Virus record (IMG/VR): IMGVR_UViG_3300021387_001019
Location: 36,934 to 100,933 of that record
Length of the DNA stretch: 64,000 nt
Source: a virus
Taxonomy: Duplodnaviria > Caudoviricetes
Strand: one strand, 5' to 3'
Shown here: positions 11,624 through 21,154 of the stretch, piece after piece
How positions within the stretch are numbered: position 1 is the first letter of the stretch
Layout of the letters: each line of letters begins with the position of its first letter
The notes under the pieces: model-generated
Databases searched by the model: none
What the model saw: only the letters and a program-made list of their open reading frames with translations
What the model was told of the DNA's origin: nothing
Translations under genes and position numbers: made by a program

Positions 11624-12547
11624 ATGGGACTTTTTGGATTATTTGCGACATTATTTGGTCTTGGAGCGATGGCAAAAGATGGAGTTGAGAATTACTTTAT
11701 AAGCGAGAGTGAAAAGGAAAAAGCTATTCGCAATGGTGATCTTACATATTATTCTAACGGCAAATTTGAAAAGGTATACGCTCCGAAGGGAACACTTACA
11801 AAGGAAGTTAAAGATCCAGTAACGGGTCATATATATGATACAAATTATAAAACAGGCGAAAGACTTATTGACCTTACTGAATACTATAATAATCAGATAA
11901 TTCAAAAAGAAAGAAGGGAATGCTCGCTTAATGGAACCGCATTTTATAGAACACCTATATTTGATGTTCCTGAAGGTATGAACAAAAGAGCTATGACCGG
12001 CGGAGAAACAAGCCCTGTATATGTCAGTGATAAAATTCCTGGGTATTTTGAAAAAAGATATACATCACTTGAAAATTTAAGTAGGTGGCCTTCTTTGACG
12101 GTATATGTTAAAGGTAATTTAATACCACATTTTGGAGATGCAAAAAGGAAAGAAGTTAATGGGCCGCGCCTTAATAAGGACAATGCTGATTCAGTTGAAG
12201 CTTATTTTGAGGACGGAACAAGAGTAAGTAAAAGAGAATTTGCTAGAAGAACGAATGAATTTTTGAAACAGAGATTAATTAATAGCAGAATGAGATACAG
12301 CATTTGTTCGGTTTTTTATGAGGCAAGAGACGAAGAGACGTATGAGATAATTAATAAATCATTAAATGATGATAGAATATATAAATGTATGTCATATGGG
12401 TATGATAAATATTATGTTGAAGCTAGAGTAGAATTAGGTGAAAAATATGGTAGACCACATTATTATCTGGTTCCAATAGATGGAGCAGTTATTTATAATG
12501 AGGATGGAACTATATCAACACGTAAAATTACAGATTTCAAAATGTAA
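11624..12547 (+). CDS. Hypothetical protein with N-terminal hydrophobic anchor/signal (307 aa)
   Basis: Hydrophobic N-terminus MGLFGLFATLFGLGAMA; RBS GGAGG. Confidence 0.7.
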   Translation: MGLFGLFATLFGLGAMAKDGVENYFISESEKEKAIRNGDLTYYSNGKFEKVYAPKGTLTKEVKDPVTGHIYDTNYKTGERLIDLTEYYNNQIIQKERRECSLNGTAFYRTPIFDVPEGMNKRAMTGGETSPVYVSDKIPGYFEKRYTSLENLSRWPSLTVYVKGNLIPHFGDAKRKEVNGPRLNKDNADSVEAYFEDGTRVSKREFARRTNEFLKQRLINSRMRYSICSVFYEARDEETYEIINKSLNDDRIYKCMSYGYDKYYVEARVELGEKYGRPHYYLVPIDGAVIYNEDGTISTRKITDFKM

Positions 12548-12896
12548 AGTAAGTAAAAGATGCAAAAATATGTTTACATTCCAATCGCGATATGTTATAG
12601 TTATAATGTAAAAATCACTTATAATTAGAATTTATCGTGAGAGGAGGAACTTGCTACTATGAGTATGGAGTATGTAATTATTACAACATATGATTGGACG
12701 GATGACGCTGATGTATTTAAAGTAAAAAGTTTAAGAGAAGGCAAACGAATATTAAGGACACTATTTTCGGATTGTTGCAAGGAAAAATTTGATAGGAGAC
12801 AAACATTTATTCGTAAGAATAAATATGCACAGGTAGTAAACGGAATTAATACTACAACATTTAGATTGGCGAAAATAGAAAAGGAGGACGATACCA

Positions 12897-13103
12897 TTGA
12901 GACGAGTAAGAGGACTTGAAATATCTGATTGTATATGCACGGAATGCGGGACATTGTTCCCGATTCCGCGCAATCGCGGGAATAGAAGGGAAAACGGACA
13001 TATCAAAGATATTTGGTGTCCACATTGCAAGAAAATTACTAAGTTTAAAGAGCATAAAAAGAATCAGTATATGTTGCTCGCAGACGGAAGAATTATGTAT
13101 TAA
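12897..13103 (+). CDS. Small zinc-ribbon protein
   Basis: CTECG...GHIKDIWCPHCKK; RBS AAGGAGG before the TTG start. Confidence 0.65.
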   Translation: MRRVRGLEISDCICTECGTLFPIPRNRGNRRENGHIKDIWCPHCKKITKFKEHKKNQYMLLADGRIMY

Positions 13104-13132
13104 AAAACAACTACAAATAAAATAAGTAAATG

Positions 13133-13161
13133 TTGACAATCAATAATTACTGTGATAAGAT
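13133..13161 (+). promoter_or_regulatory. sigmaA-type promoter for the DGQHR/repressor genes
   Basis: TTGACA-17 nt-TAAGAT with extended TG; operator-like ACAAATAAAATAAG at 13113-13126. Confidence 0.75.
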
Positions 13162-13169
13162 GGGTGTGA

Positions 13170-14450
13170 ATGGAGGTGCAAATCATGAAGCCGGAATCAG
13201 CAATGATAAAAAAGATTAAAAATTTAGTTGACCGGAAATTAACCAACCCAAAAGCAGTAACAGAATTTTGCGACAGATGTTATTTGGAGTTTAACCTACC
13301 ACAAAGTAAAGTAAACGATATAATTAATGAAAGATCTCCGTATGAAAAAGAGAAAAGATTTGTGTTATATTGTTTACTAAAAACATGTAGCCTGCTGTAT
13401 AAAGAGCCAACTGAAAAGGAAATAAAAGAATACTTATCACCGGGCGAAGTCAAAAAATTTGCAGTTCAAAGATATATACCACCTGAAGAATATATTAAAT
13501 TACCATTTGTATTTGATATGGTTCAGGTAGATGAAGACCAGTGGATAGGATCGATTGACGTTGCCACGTTGATGGGTTTGGTAAGACAACAAATTTTAAG
13601 GTATAATGCTGATACGCAGCGTCCGCTTAGGGCAATCACACATAACGGTGAAAGCTATTATGTTATATCAAATAATACAAAGGCAATTCAAGCTATTGCT
13701 GATTGTTTGCGGCAAGGAATATTTGTACCAAATACCATAACATTAAACATACTTGATACCGACCCCCTGGCTGATTTTTATTATGATAAGGAAGGCAAAC
13801 GCCTTATTATTAATAATGTAACATATCTTGATATACTTGATGGATGGCATCGTATAAAAGCATATCAACATGTTTTCGATGAAAATCCAGAATGGAAGTA
13901 TTCGCTTGAACTTCGCATCACTAATTTTGGCATAGAAAAATCACACCAGTTTATATACCAGGAAGACCAAAAGACAAAAATGACGAAGTATGAAAGTGAT
14001 TCTTTCAATATTAATAATTATGGTTCAATAATTGCAGACAAGATTAATAAAATGAGATCGTGTTCGGTAAGCGGTTGCATAGGTAGAGCGGATGACATAA
14101 TTAATTTATCATGGTTAGCACCAGCAATTAATGCGTTCTTTGTTGGAAGTCGTAAGCTAAAACAATTTGAAATTGCAAAGATTACAAACGACATTGCAGA
14201 AGACTTCAACATATTAGTTGAAGCAAACCCAGAAAAATATCTTAAAAAATATACATTCAAACAGTTGACTGCAGCAGTATATGTATTTAGTAAATTTCAA
14301 GAATCGCTGGACAAAGGAAACTTGCCAGAGATTGTTGAAAAAATGACTCACGAGGTCGAAAAAATAAAAGCAATATCACCCAATATATTAGGTAAAAAGG
14401 CAGTTATAAATAATCTAAATACTATATGGGAGGATATTACTAATGTATAA
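13170..14450 (+). CDS. DGQHR/DndB-like (ParB/Srx fold) protein, similar in position to SPbeta YopQ
   Basis: YNADTQR, PNTITLN, LDILDGWHR motifs; overlaps the repressor-like gene. Confidence 0.7.
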   Translation: MEVQIMKPESAMIKKIKNLVDRKLTNPKAVTEFCDRCYLEFNLPQSKVNDIINERSPYEKEKRFVLYCLLKTCSLLYKEPTEKEIKEYLSPGEVKKFAVQRYIPPEEYIKLPFVFDMVQVDEDQWIGSIDVATLMGLVRQQILRYNADTQRPLRAITHNGESYYVISNNTKAIQAIADCLRQGIFVPNTITLNILDTDPLADFYYDKEGKRLIINNVTYLDILDGWHRIKAYQHVFDENPEWKYSLELRITNFGIEKSHQFIYQEDQKTKMTKYESDSFNINNYGSIIADKINKMRSCSVSGCIGRADDIINLSWLAPAINAFFVGSRKLKQFEIAKITNDIAEDFNILVEANPEKYLKKYTFKQLTAAVYVFSKFQESLDKGNLPEIVEKMTHEVEKIKAISPNILGKKAVINNLNTIWEDITNV

Positions 14451-15333
14451 CGAGGAATGGAAACAAGATTACCTGGATAAACAACAAATCGCAAATGTTA
14501 ATATATATAAAAATTATTTTAACAAGTCAAAAGCAACAGAGGAATCATTAGGGAAAGACCTTTGTGAGTTTACAAGATACGATATCTTGAATTATTATAA
14601 ATCAATGAGTACATCATCGTTTTTTGTACTATATAATATGCATTCATTATTTAAACGTTATACAGATTATTGCTTATCAAAAGGAGTTGTTGGAGATGGA
14701 CAAAACCATTATTGCGAGATAAATCAATCAAATATAATGGCGCAATGTGTTAATCGTAGAGTATTAAATAAAAAGATTATGACGAGAGAGGATGTGGAAT
14801 ATTTATGTGCGTCTTTTGCTAATCCAAGGGAATCATTTGCTGCACTTGCAATATTTGAGTACGGGGGTGGAAAAGAGTATAAAGATATATGGAAACTTAA
14901 ATTATCTCAATTTGACGGAAAAGGGAAGCTCTCCCTTGATCGCGGTGATGTAGAAGTAGACAATTTACTTTATATGTACGCACAGGAAGCGGATGGCGAA
15001 TTAACTTATATAACTCAAAAGTCAACAAGACCACTGATGGACGAAGGTTACATATATAAATATTCTACAAGTTGCAAAAGCGAACGTAGTCGTGACAAAT
15101 ATTGGTCATTTACCAATTCATTTAATAAGCAATTTAAAATTCTTGAGGCTGATTATATTATGCTTGGCAACATAGAGTTATCCGGCATTATAGATTTCAT
15201 AAAAAGGAAATCTGAGATCACAGGGATATCTTCAAAAGAATATCTGTTTACTCACACGGATAATATTAATTATCAGTATGATAAATCTATTAATCCACAG
15301 GTGTTTTTAAATAAAATTGGCGGGGAACTATAA
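14443..15333 (+). CDS. MrpR/YopR-like lysogeny repressor (integrase-like fold lacking a full catalytic set)
   Basis: N-terminus MYNEEWKQDYL...EESLGKDLCEFT..DILNYYK resembles integrase SAM-like domains. No HxxR motif. Synteny with recombinase and DGQHR genes as in SPbeta. Confidence 0.6.
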   Translation: MYNEEWKQDYLDKQQIANVNIYKNYFNKSKATEESLGKDLCEFTRYDILNYYKSMSTSSFFVLYNMHSLFKRYTDYCLSKGVVGDGQNHYCEINQSNIMAQCVNRRVLNKKIMTREDVEYLCASFANPRESFAALAIFEYGGGKEYKDIWKLKLSQFDGKGKLSLDRGDVEVDNLLYMYAQEADGELTYITQKSTRPLMDEGYIYKYSTSCKSERSRDKYWSFTNSFNKQFKILEADYIMLGNIELSGIIDFIKRKSEITGISSKEYLFTHTDNINYQYDKSINPQVFLNKIGGEL

Positions 15334-15359
15334 AATGTTCCCCTTGATAAAATTAATTG

Positions 15360-15388
15360 TTGACAAATAAAATAAGTTGTGATAAGAT
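15360..15388 (+). promoter_or_regulatory. sigmaA-type promoter overlapped by an operator-like motif
   Basis: TTGACA-17 nt-TAAGAT; ACAAATAAAATAAG (15363-15376) overlaps the -35 box and spacer. Confidence 0.75.
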
Positions 15389-16051
15389 GGAGAAAATGAA
15401 TGAATAAAATCTTTGAGAGAATTGTAAGGGAACTTGAAAATAATATTATTCTTGGAGTAAGAATAACATATGATAATGCATGTGGAATTTCAATGTGTTT
15501 TGAACATCCAAACATCGAGACAAACGGGAATAACATTATTATAGAAGAAAATTCTGACAGAATAGAATTTGATATTAATGACGCTACGAAAATCAAAGAA
15601 GACGAGTATTGCATAGTTATTGATTATATTGAATTTACAATCATACTTGATTTTGAGTAATAAAGATTCAAGGTAAATCAAATAAAAGCGCAAATAAATT
15701 ATATTATATGGAGGACTTTAATATGAAAAAATGCAGACTCATGAAGAACATTGATAAGATTCAGTATTCAGATGCAGAAAAGCTGATGACAATTCTCGAA
15801 GAGAAACTTGATTCATTAAGCGATAAAGAACCAATTTATGACGGCGAAACTCATGATATGTGGGAAGAAAAATTGGATGAACTTCAGGAAATAATAGATC
15901 GGATAGACGAGTCGATCTATACGGAAGATGAATTGATGTTTTTTGATTGTCTTGATGAATTAGAAGACTATCAAATGGTGTACGCCGGTCTCGGAAATTT
16001 AAGCATTGAATTGGCGGCATGAAAATATTTGAAAAATTTTAAAAAAAGTAC

Positions 16052-16079
16052 TTGCATTCTAAAATGAATGTGATATAAT
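16052..16079 (+). promoter_or_regulatory. sigmaA-type promoter for the tRNA/ncRNA island
   Basis: TTGCAT-16 nt-TATAAT with extended TG; operator-like motifs at 16093 and 16141. Confidence 0.65.
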
Positions 16080-16205
16080 GGAATTATGAAACGCAAACAA
16101 AATAATGTATTAACCACAAGAGATGCTCTTTGTATTTAACACAAACAAAATATATTTTGAAAAACTCTAAAGGAAACCAAGAGTATGGTTAGGCGGTTTC
16201 CACTT

Positions 16206-16279
16206 CCAAACCTGGCGCAATCGGTTAGCGCACCTGTCTTATAAGCAGTAGATTCTCGGTTCGAGTCCGAGGGTTTGGA
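16206..16279 (+). tRNA. tRNA-Ile(UAU)
   Basis: Acceptor CCAAACC/GGTTTGG; D arm GCGC..GCGC; anticodon loop CTTATAA (TAT at 16240-16242); T arm CTCGG-TTCGAGT-CCGAG. Confidence 0.85.
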
Positions 16280-16427
16280 CTCAAAGCAAAATAAAAATGT
16301 AATTTGGAGATCTGAATTTCCTGCATGATTATCAATATGATATCCCAATGAATGAATTTTTAATAATCCTAATTCTACCAGTTCATTCAACATGCTTATC
16401 ATATGAATACATTTTTATAAGATATTT

Positions 16428-16730
16428 AAAAGCAAAAGTATCTTGACGGGAAAAGGTGAAACGATATATCCCCTGTCTTTGCTTTGACCGGCTAGTCGGT
16501 AAATAAATTATTGATACACTGCTATATACTGAAGCTACGGCACCGCAGTTTCAAATCTGTTACTAGCAATAGACCCAGGCAGTGGGGTTAAAAGAGAAAC
16601 TTCGGTGTACGAAATCAGAACTGAGTTAACTTATATATGATAGTGAGGTGAATAAAGGATGTGGTGAGGCGACGCAAACCAACTATCGAGTGTTTAGGCG
16701 TTTAGTAACTGGAGTGTATAAGTTAACTCA
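16428..16730 (+). ncRNA. Putative structured non-coding RNA(s)
   Basis: ORF-free region with several helices, including the 16-bp TGAGTTAACTTATATA (16622-16637) / TGTATAAGTTAACTCA (16715-16730), CACTGC/GCAGTG and AAAGCAAA/TTTGCTTT. Confidence 0.45.
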
Positions 16731-17890
16731 TGAATGATTTGATAAAGGAGAGTGAAGAATTATGGTTGTTTTGATTGCAATATTACTGTTTATAATAATG
16801 ATTACAGCAGTAGTATTAATAGATATTTCAAGCGGTCAATGGAGAATGTCAAACAATATATTTGATGAAGAAGAATTAAAAGAGCAGGAAGAATATTTGA
16901 AACAGTATTTAAAGGATAAAGGAACCATAAAATGAAAAATGTAAAACTCTTAGAAGAAGATGATCTGCGCCAGATTATTGCCGAGAAATTTGGCGTTGAA
17001 ACATATCAGATTTCGATAGAAATCTCTTCTGTAGTAACCGAATACGGTAGATATGGAAGACCAAGAATTATTGTAACTGTTGATAAGGAAGATAACGATG
17101 ATGATTGAGATGGAACTTGATTTAGATGAAGAAATGGAATGGCAAGATGAATATGCCAGAAATCATCCGATTTACGAAAATGGAAAAGTAGTTGGATATA
17201 CATATCCCAACGGAAGTGTGAGGCTAATAACAGATGAAGAATTATTACAGGATTATAAGTATTGAACATAGTGGAAGAAAAGATATTCGCGGAATGCCGG
17301 TTACTGATGATAAGTATTATGGTCTGGTTGGTGCGGTTGTTGACATAGGAAACCTAAGAAAAATGGCAATGGCTGCTGACGCAGAACATATGTGGCATTA
17401 CGCCAGACTTTATATTAAATCAGGACCAAGAGTTGGCGAGATTTGGACAACTTCAAAGGTAATTGGACTTGTTATTGGGCATGATAGCATAGAAATAGAA
17501 ACAGCAAACACAATATATAGATTGGAGAAAATCGATGATTAGTAGCGTACTTGAGTGGAATATGGGAACTATTATTGGTGCCGCAGCTTGTGGAATTGGA
17601 ATTATTGGCTGCATTGGTTTATTTGTAAAAGAAATGTTTTACAGAATTGACAATGATTTATTTGAATGAGGGAGGATATTAAATCAAAATATGTACGGAT
17701 GTGAAAATGAAAGAGGCGTTTTCTACGCAAGAAAGGGATACTACAAAGGAAAAGAAGTAACGGTTACTCATCGTAATCCGCAGACTGGTGAAGTCTGGCT
17801 GGAAGATTATCAAGTTGGCAAAGACCCGGTAACTTATGGGTGCTGGGTAGATATGGATTCAGTAAATTTTAAAGGAGGAAAAATCGAATT

Positions 17891-18526
17891 ATGATTAAGA
17901 AAATTACAGTAACGGAAGCATTAAAGGAACTGAAACTTTATGACGCGAGGATTAACAAAGCTATTGAAAATGGAGTTTATATTGGTGCTGCAAAGGTAAG
18001 CTCTGACAAAATTAATTTTAAAACAAAAGACGCATTTTCTGCTGACGCAAAAGCATCTTATCAGAGTGTGATTGATCTCATCTCCAACAGAACAAAAATT
18101 AAATCGGCTATTGTTAAATCAAATGCCGAAACAGTCCTGGAGATTAACGGTGTTAAGATGACCAGGGCGGAGGCAATTGAAAGAAAATCATCTATTGAAT
18201 ATGAAAAGGCATTTCTTAATGAACTCAAGGTTCAGTTCTCTAAAGCAATGATGACAATGGATCGTGAAAACAAAAAGGTAGAAACACAGTGCGAAAGTAT
18301 TGCACTTACGGCTGCCGGAAAAGATTCTGACAAGAAAATCAAAGGTGAAGAAATCGAATCCGTAACGGAAACAATTCGCCGCCTTAATGAATTTGGTCTT
18401 GTCGATCCACTTAACATCGAAAAAGTAATTGCTAATCTTGAATCAGACATTGACGGCTTTGAAAGCGAAGTTGATGTAAGGCTCAATCTTAGTAACGCAA
18501 CAACGTTTATTGAGGTTGATATCTAA
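17891..18526 (+). CDS. Helical/coiled-coil hypothetical protein (211 aa) directly upstream of a large structured RNA
   Basis: RBS AAGGAGG; TVTEALKELK...MTRAEAIERK...LVDPL...LSNATTFIEV. Confidence 0.8.
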   Translation: MIKKITVTEALKELKLYDARINKAIENGVYIGAAKVSSDKINFKTKDAFSADAKASYQSVIDLISNRTKIKSAIVKSNAETVLEINGVKMTRAEAIERKSSIEYEKAFLNELKVQFSKAMMTMDRENKKVETQCESIALTAAGKDSDKKIKGEEIESVTETIRRLNEFGLVDPLNIEKVIANLESDIDGFESEVDVRLNLSNATTFIEVDI

Positions 18527-18540
18527 TAGAAAAAAAATAA

Positions 18541-18905
18541 TTTGCGGCTGTAGCGAAAATCACGAACATATGCCCCTTGCCGGGAGGGTTTCCCGGCGTT
18601 ATTACAAGTAATGATTGGAGAACAACATCAAATACAGATAGCACTTTGAATGCTATTATGATGAAAATGTTTTATGAACCCTCATAAATCAAAGTTCAAT
18701 TTTCATTGTTCAGTGATTAAATATCTTTAATTGTGATTCTGCTGTTATTAGGAAGTTGTTATATATGTAGAATAACAATATTGTAGCAGAACGCAAACTT
18801 AAAACTTAGGATTCTTCTCCCAGCTTTCGATAAAATCCTTGAGTGAGTTTATAAAGGTATGCGTATATGACCTGGTGATTTGTACAAGGCTGCTATAGTC
18901 GCAAA
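18541..18905 (+). ncRNA. Putative ~365-nt structured ncRNA
   Basis: Terminal 14-bp helix TTTGCGGCTGTAGC/GCTATAGTCGCAAA (with G-U pairs); AAATCAC/GTGATTT; hairpin GCCGGGA/TCCCGGC; further internal hairpins; no + strand ORF. Confidence 0.65.
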
Positions 18906-18928
18906 TTTTAATAGAAATGAATTGTTCT

Positions 18929-19078
18929 GTGCATGTGGCGGAATAGGTAAACGCACCCGGCAGTATAAAACAAGTTGATAGAGTTGCAACGAAATCAACG
19001 AGTGGGTTACGCAGACCCCGGTCGGGACGGAAAGTGATCATATCCATGTGAGGTGTAAACAAATCCTTACCATGCACA
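18929..19078 (+). ncRNA. tRNA-like RNA with a ~59-nt structured insert replacing the anticodon loop
   Basis: Acceptor GTGCATG/CATGCAC-A; Leu/Ser-type D arm TGGCGGAATAGGTAAACGC; CCCGGC/GTCGGG stem closing the insert; irregular T arm GTGAG..CTTAC. Confidence 0.6.
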
Positions 19079-19160
19079 AAAACCAACTAATTAAGCGGTG
19101 GGTTGGAGTTGGCGTCCGAAAGGTAACAATGTCCAAGGATGAAGCAACTACCGCAATTGC

Positions 19161-19233
19161 GGCGGATTGATTTGTAACAGCAGCAAGCAAGCCTTTGAAG
19201 CTTGAGGCACAGGGGCAGCACCTGTATCCGCTG
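19161..19233 (+). tRNA. tRNA-Gln(UUG), atypical D and T loops
   Basis: Acceptor GGCGGAT/ATCCGCT; anticodon arm CAAGC-CTTTGAA-GCTTG; T arm ACAGG-GGCAGCA-CCTGT (lacks TTC). Confidence 0.6.
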
Positions 19234-19332
19234 CTCGGATGAAACTTCCATTTCATCTGATATATTCTGCTATGTGTTTTCACATAAGTTCCTTTCTGCA
19301 TCGTTTGGCGGAACGTAAAACCGCCACTCTTT

Positions 19333-19416
19333 GCTCCAATGATGGAATGGGCAGACATCTCAGACTTAAAATCTGATGGGATTATTCCCGTGCCAGTTCG
19401 AATCTGGCTTGGAGCA
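19333..19416 (+). tRNA. tRNA-Leu(UAA)
   Basis: Acceptor GCTCCAA/TTGGAGC-A; anticodon arm TCAGA-CTTAAAA-TCTGA; long variable arm GGGATTATTCCC; T arm GCCAG-TTCGAAT-CTGGC. Confidence 0.92.
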
Positions 19417-19445
19417 TTAACTAATAAAATAGAAAGGAGTTAAAA

Positions 19446-20330
19446 ATGGAAAATAAATTAATTATGGTTGGTATTGGAAATAAAATTCTTTATATTGATA
19501 AAGAATATTTTAGTAAGCCAAAAAAGCGTGTAATTCGAAAAAACATATTTGAGAGTAATTCATCATCTTCGCACTCGATTGTGATAACCAAAAATGATTC
19601 TCACTTTACTGAGGAAGATCTCACCAATCAAGAAATTAACGGAAAATATAACCATAATCATGTCTTTCTAAATAATAATGGAGAAATGTGGCTGTGGGAT
19701 ATAAATGAAGGTTTTGATCGTTCGTTTCATTTTCTTACAACTTTTGAGGAAAAGTTGAAGTATGCAATGTGCGAATACCTCGGATATATGTACGGAGATG
19801 AAGACGAATTTGCTGATATGTTGGATACATTTAAAGCAATTGTGAAAGATGTGCTACCAGGATTTACTGATTTTGATATTCCTATGATTGAAAAAGATGT
19901 CTATCTGGATGAAAAAGGAAATCAAATTCCATACAAAAAATTAAAGTATGTTGGTGACAAAACTAATGAAGATGGCGATTGGATTTCTCGCTATAATTAC
20001 ATTGATGAAAACGGCAATGTAAAAGAAGCTATCCTTGATATGGAATGTGTAATTGAGATACCGGATATCGGAATGATTGATCACCAGAGTGCAGGTACTT
20101 TAAAAAATTTCCTAAGAGAAAAGGGAATCACATTGAAAGAATTTCTTATTAATAAGAAATACGTGGTGATTACTGATAGTGATGAAACTTGCCAGTGGGA
20201 GAAACTAAAACAGAGCGGAATATTTGATATTAATAGCAGCATTGTAGAAGAATACTCAACGTCAAATGATGACATAGAATATCAGAAATGGAAGGAGATG
20301 CATAAAGATGAAGAGATCACAGAGGACTAA
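19446..20330 (+). CDS. Hypothetical protein with N-terminal R-x-N-x-F-E-S-N-S-S-S-x-H-S motif (paralog 1)
   Basis: KKRVIRKNIFESNSSSSHSIVI; also IDHQS. Confidence 0.8.
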   Translation: MENKLIMVGIGNKILYIDKEYFSKPKKRVIRKNIFESNSSSSHSIVITKNDSHFTEEDLTNQEINGKYNHNHVFLNNNGEMWLWDINEGFDRSFHFLTTFEEKLKYAMCEYLGYMYGDEDEFADMLDTFKAIVKDVLPGFTDFDIPMIEKDVYLDEKGNQIPYKKLKYVGDKTNEDGDWISRYNYIDENGNVKEAILDMECVIEIPDIGMIDHQSAGTLKNFLREKGITLKEFLINKKYVVITDSDETCQWEKLKQSGIFDINSSIVEEYSTSNDDIEYQKWKEMHKDEEITED

Positions 20331-20754
20331 TGTATGGGAAACTAACTCATCTGCGGTTCACGCTTTGGCAATTGATAAATCAGGTCTTGAGCCAAGTAAA
20401 TTGCCTATGAAAGATGGATATATTATTACAGACTTTGGCGATTTCGGTGCATACAATATGGATAAAATATGTTTCGACCAAGAAACAAAGTTATCATACT
20501 TAGCAACAGAATGCTACTGTCTCAATAAATGGGATGATACTGTTGAAGACAGCTATATATGGGAAAACATTGAAAACGCAATATGCGAGTATACTGGTGC
20601 AAAAGGAATCCGCATACTTCATAAGGTTAAGCCGGAGATAAACCACCAAGAGGTGCCGGAATATGACCTTCATTTTTGCAGTCAGTATGATGAAGACTCC
20701 ATAATTAATTTCGTATTTAATAAATATGTAGGCATTAATTTTACATACGATTAA
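20308..20754 (+). CDS. NSS-motif hypothetical protein (paralog 2)
   Basis: MKRSQRTNVWETNSSAVHALAI; also INHQE. Confidence 0.8.
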   Translation: MKRSQRTNVWETNSSAVHALAIDKSGLEPSKLPMKDGYIITDFGDFGAYNMDKICFDQETKLSYLATECYCLNKWDDTVEDSYIWENIENAICEYTGAKGIRILHKVKPEINHQEVPEYDLHFCSQYDEDSIINFVFNKYVGINFTYD

Positions 20755-20763
20755 TGAGAACTT

Positions 20764-21144
20764 ATGAAGAGAGCAATACGAAGAAATTTATTTGAATCAA
20801 ACAGCTCAAGCACTCATTCAGTAGCTATAATGAGTAATGATGAGTATACTGAATGGCTAAATGGAAATAAATGGCTTTGTCGTGGAAATTGGTTATATAG
20901 AAATCTACCAAATCCGCCAGAAAGAGGAAAATTATATAATAAGGACGATGTACGATCATTTATTTCTCAGATCGGCGAAACAGAAAATAATTATTATTCT
21001 GAAGATGAATTATTTTATGATAATGATTTTGAATCTTATGATATCTGGAGTAGCAATGAATATCTAGAATATGAAGATGAAGAATATGTGACAAGCAGCG
21101 GCGAAAAAATAATTGTATGTTGCAAATATGGATTTGAAGGATAG
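20764..21144 (+). CDS. NSSS-motif hypothetical protein (paralog 3)
   Basis: MKRAIRRNLFESNSSSTHSVAI. Confidence 0.8.
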   Translation: MKRAIRRNLFESNSSSTHSVAIMSNDEYTEWLNGNKWLCRGNWLYRNLPNPPERGKLYNKDDVRSFISQIGETENNYYSEDELFYDNDFESYDIWSSNEYLEYEDEEYVTSSGEKIIVCCKYGFEG

Positions 21145-21154
21145 GAGAAACATC

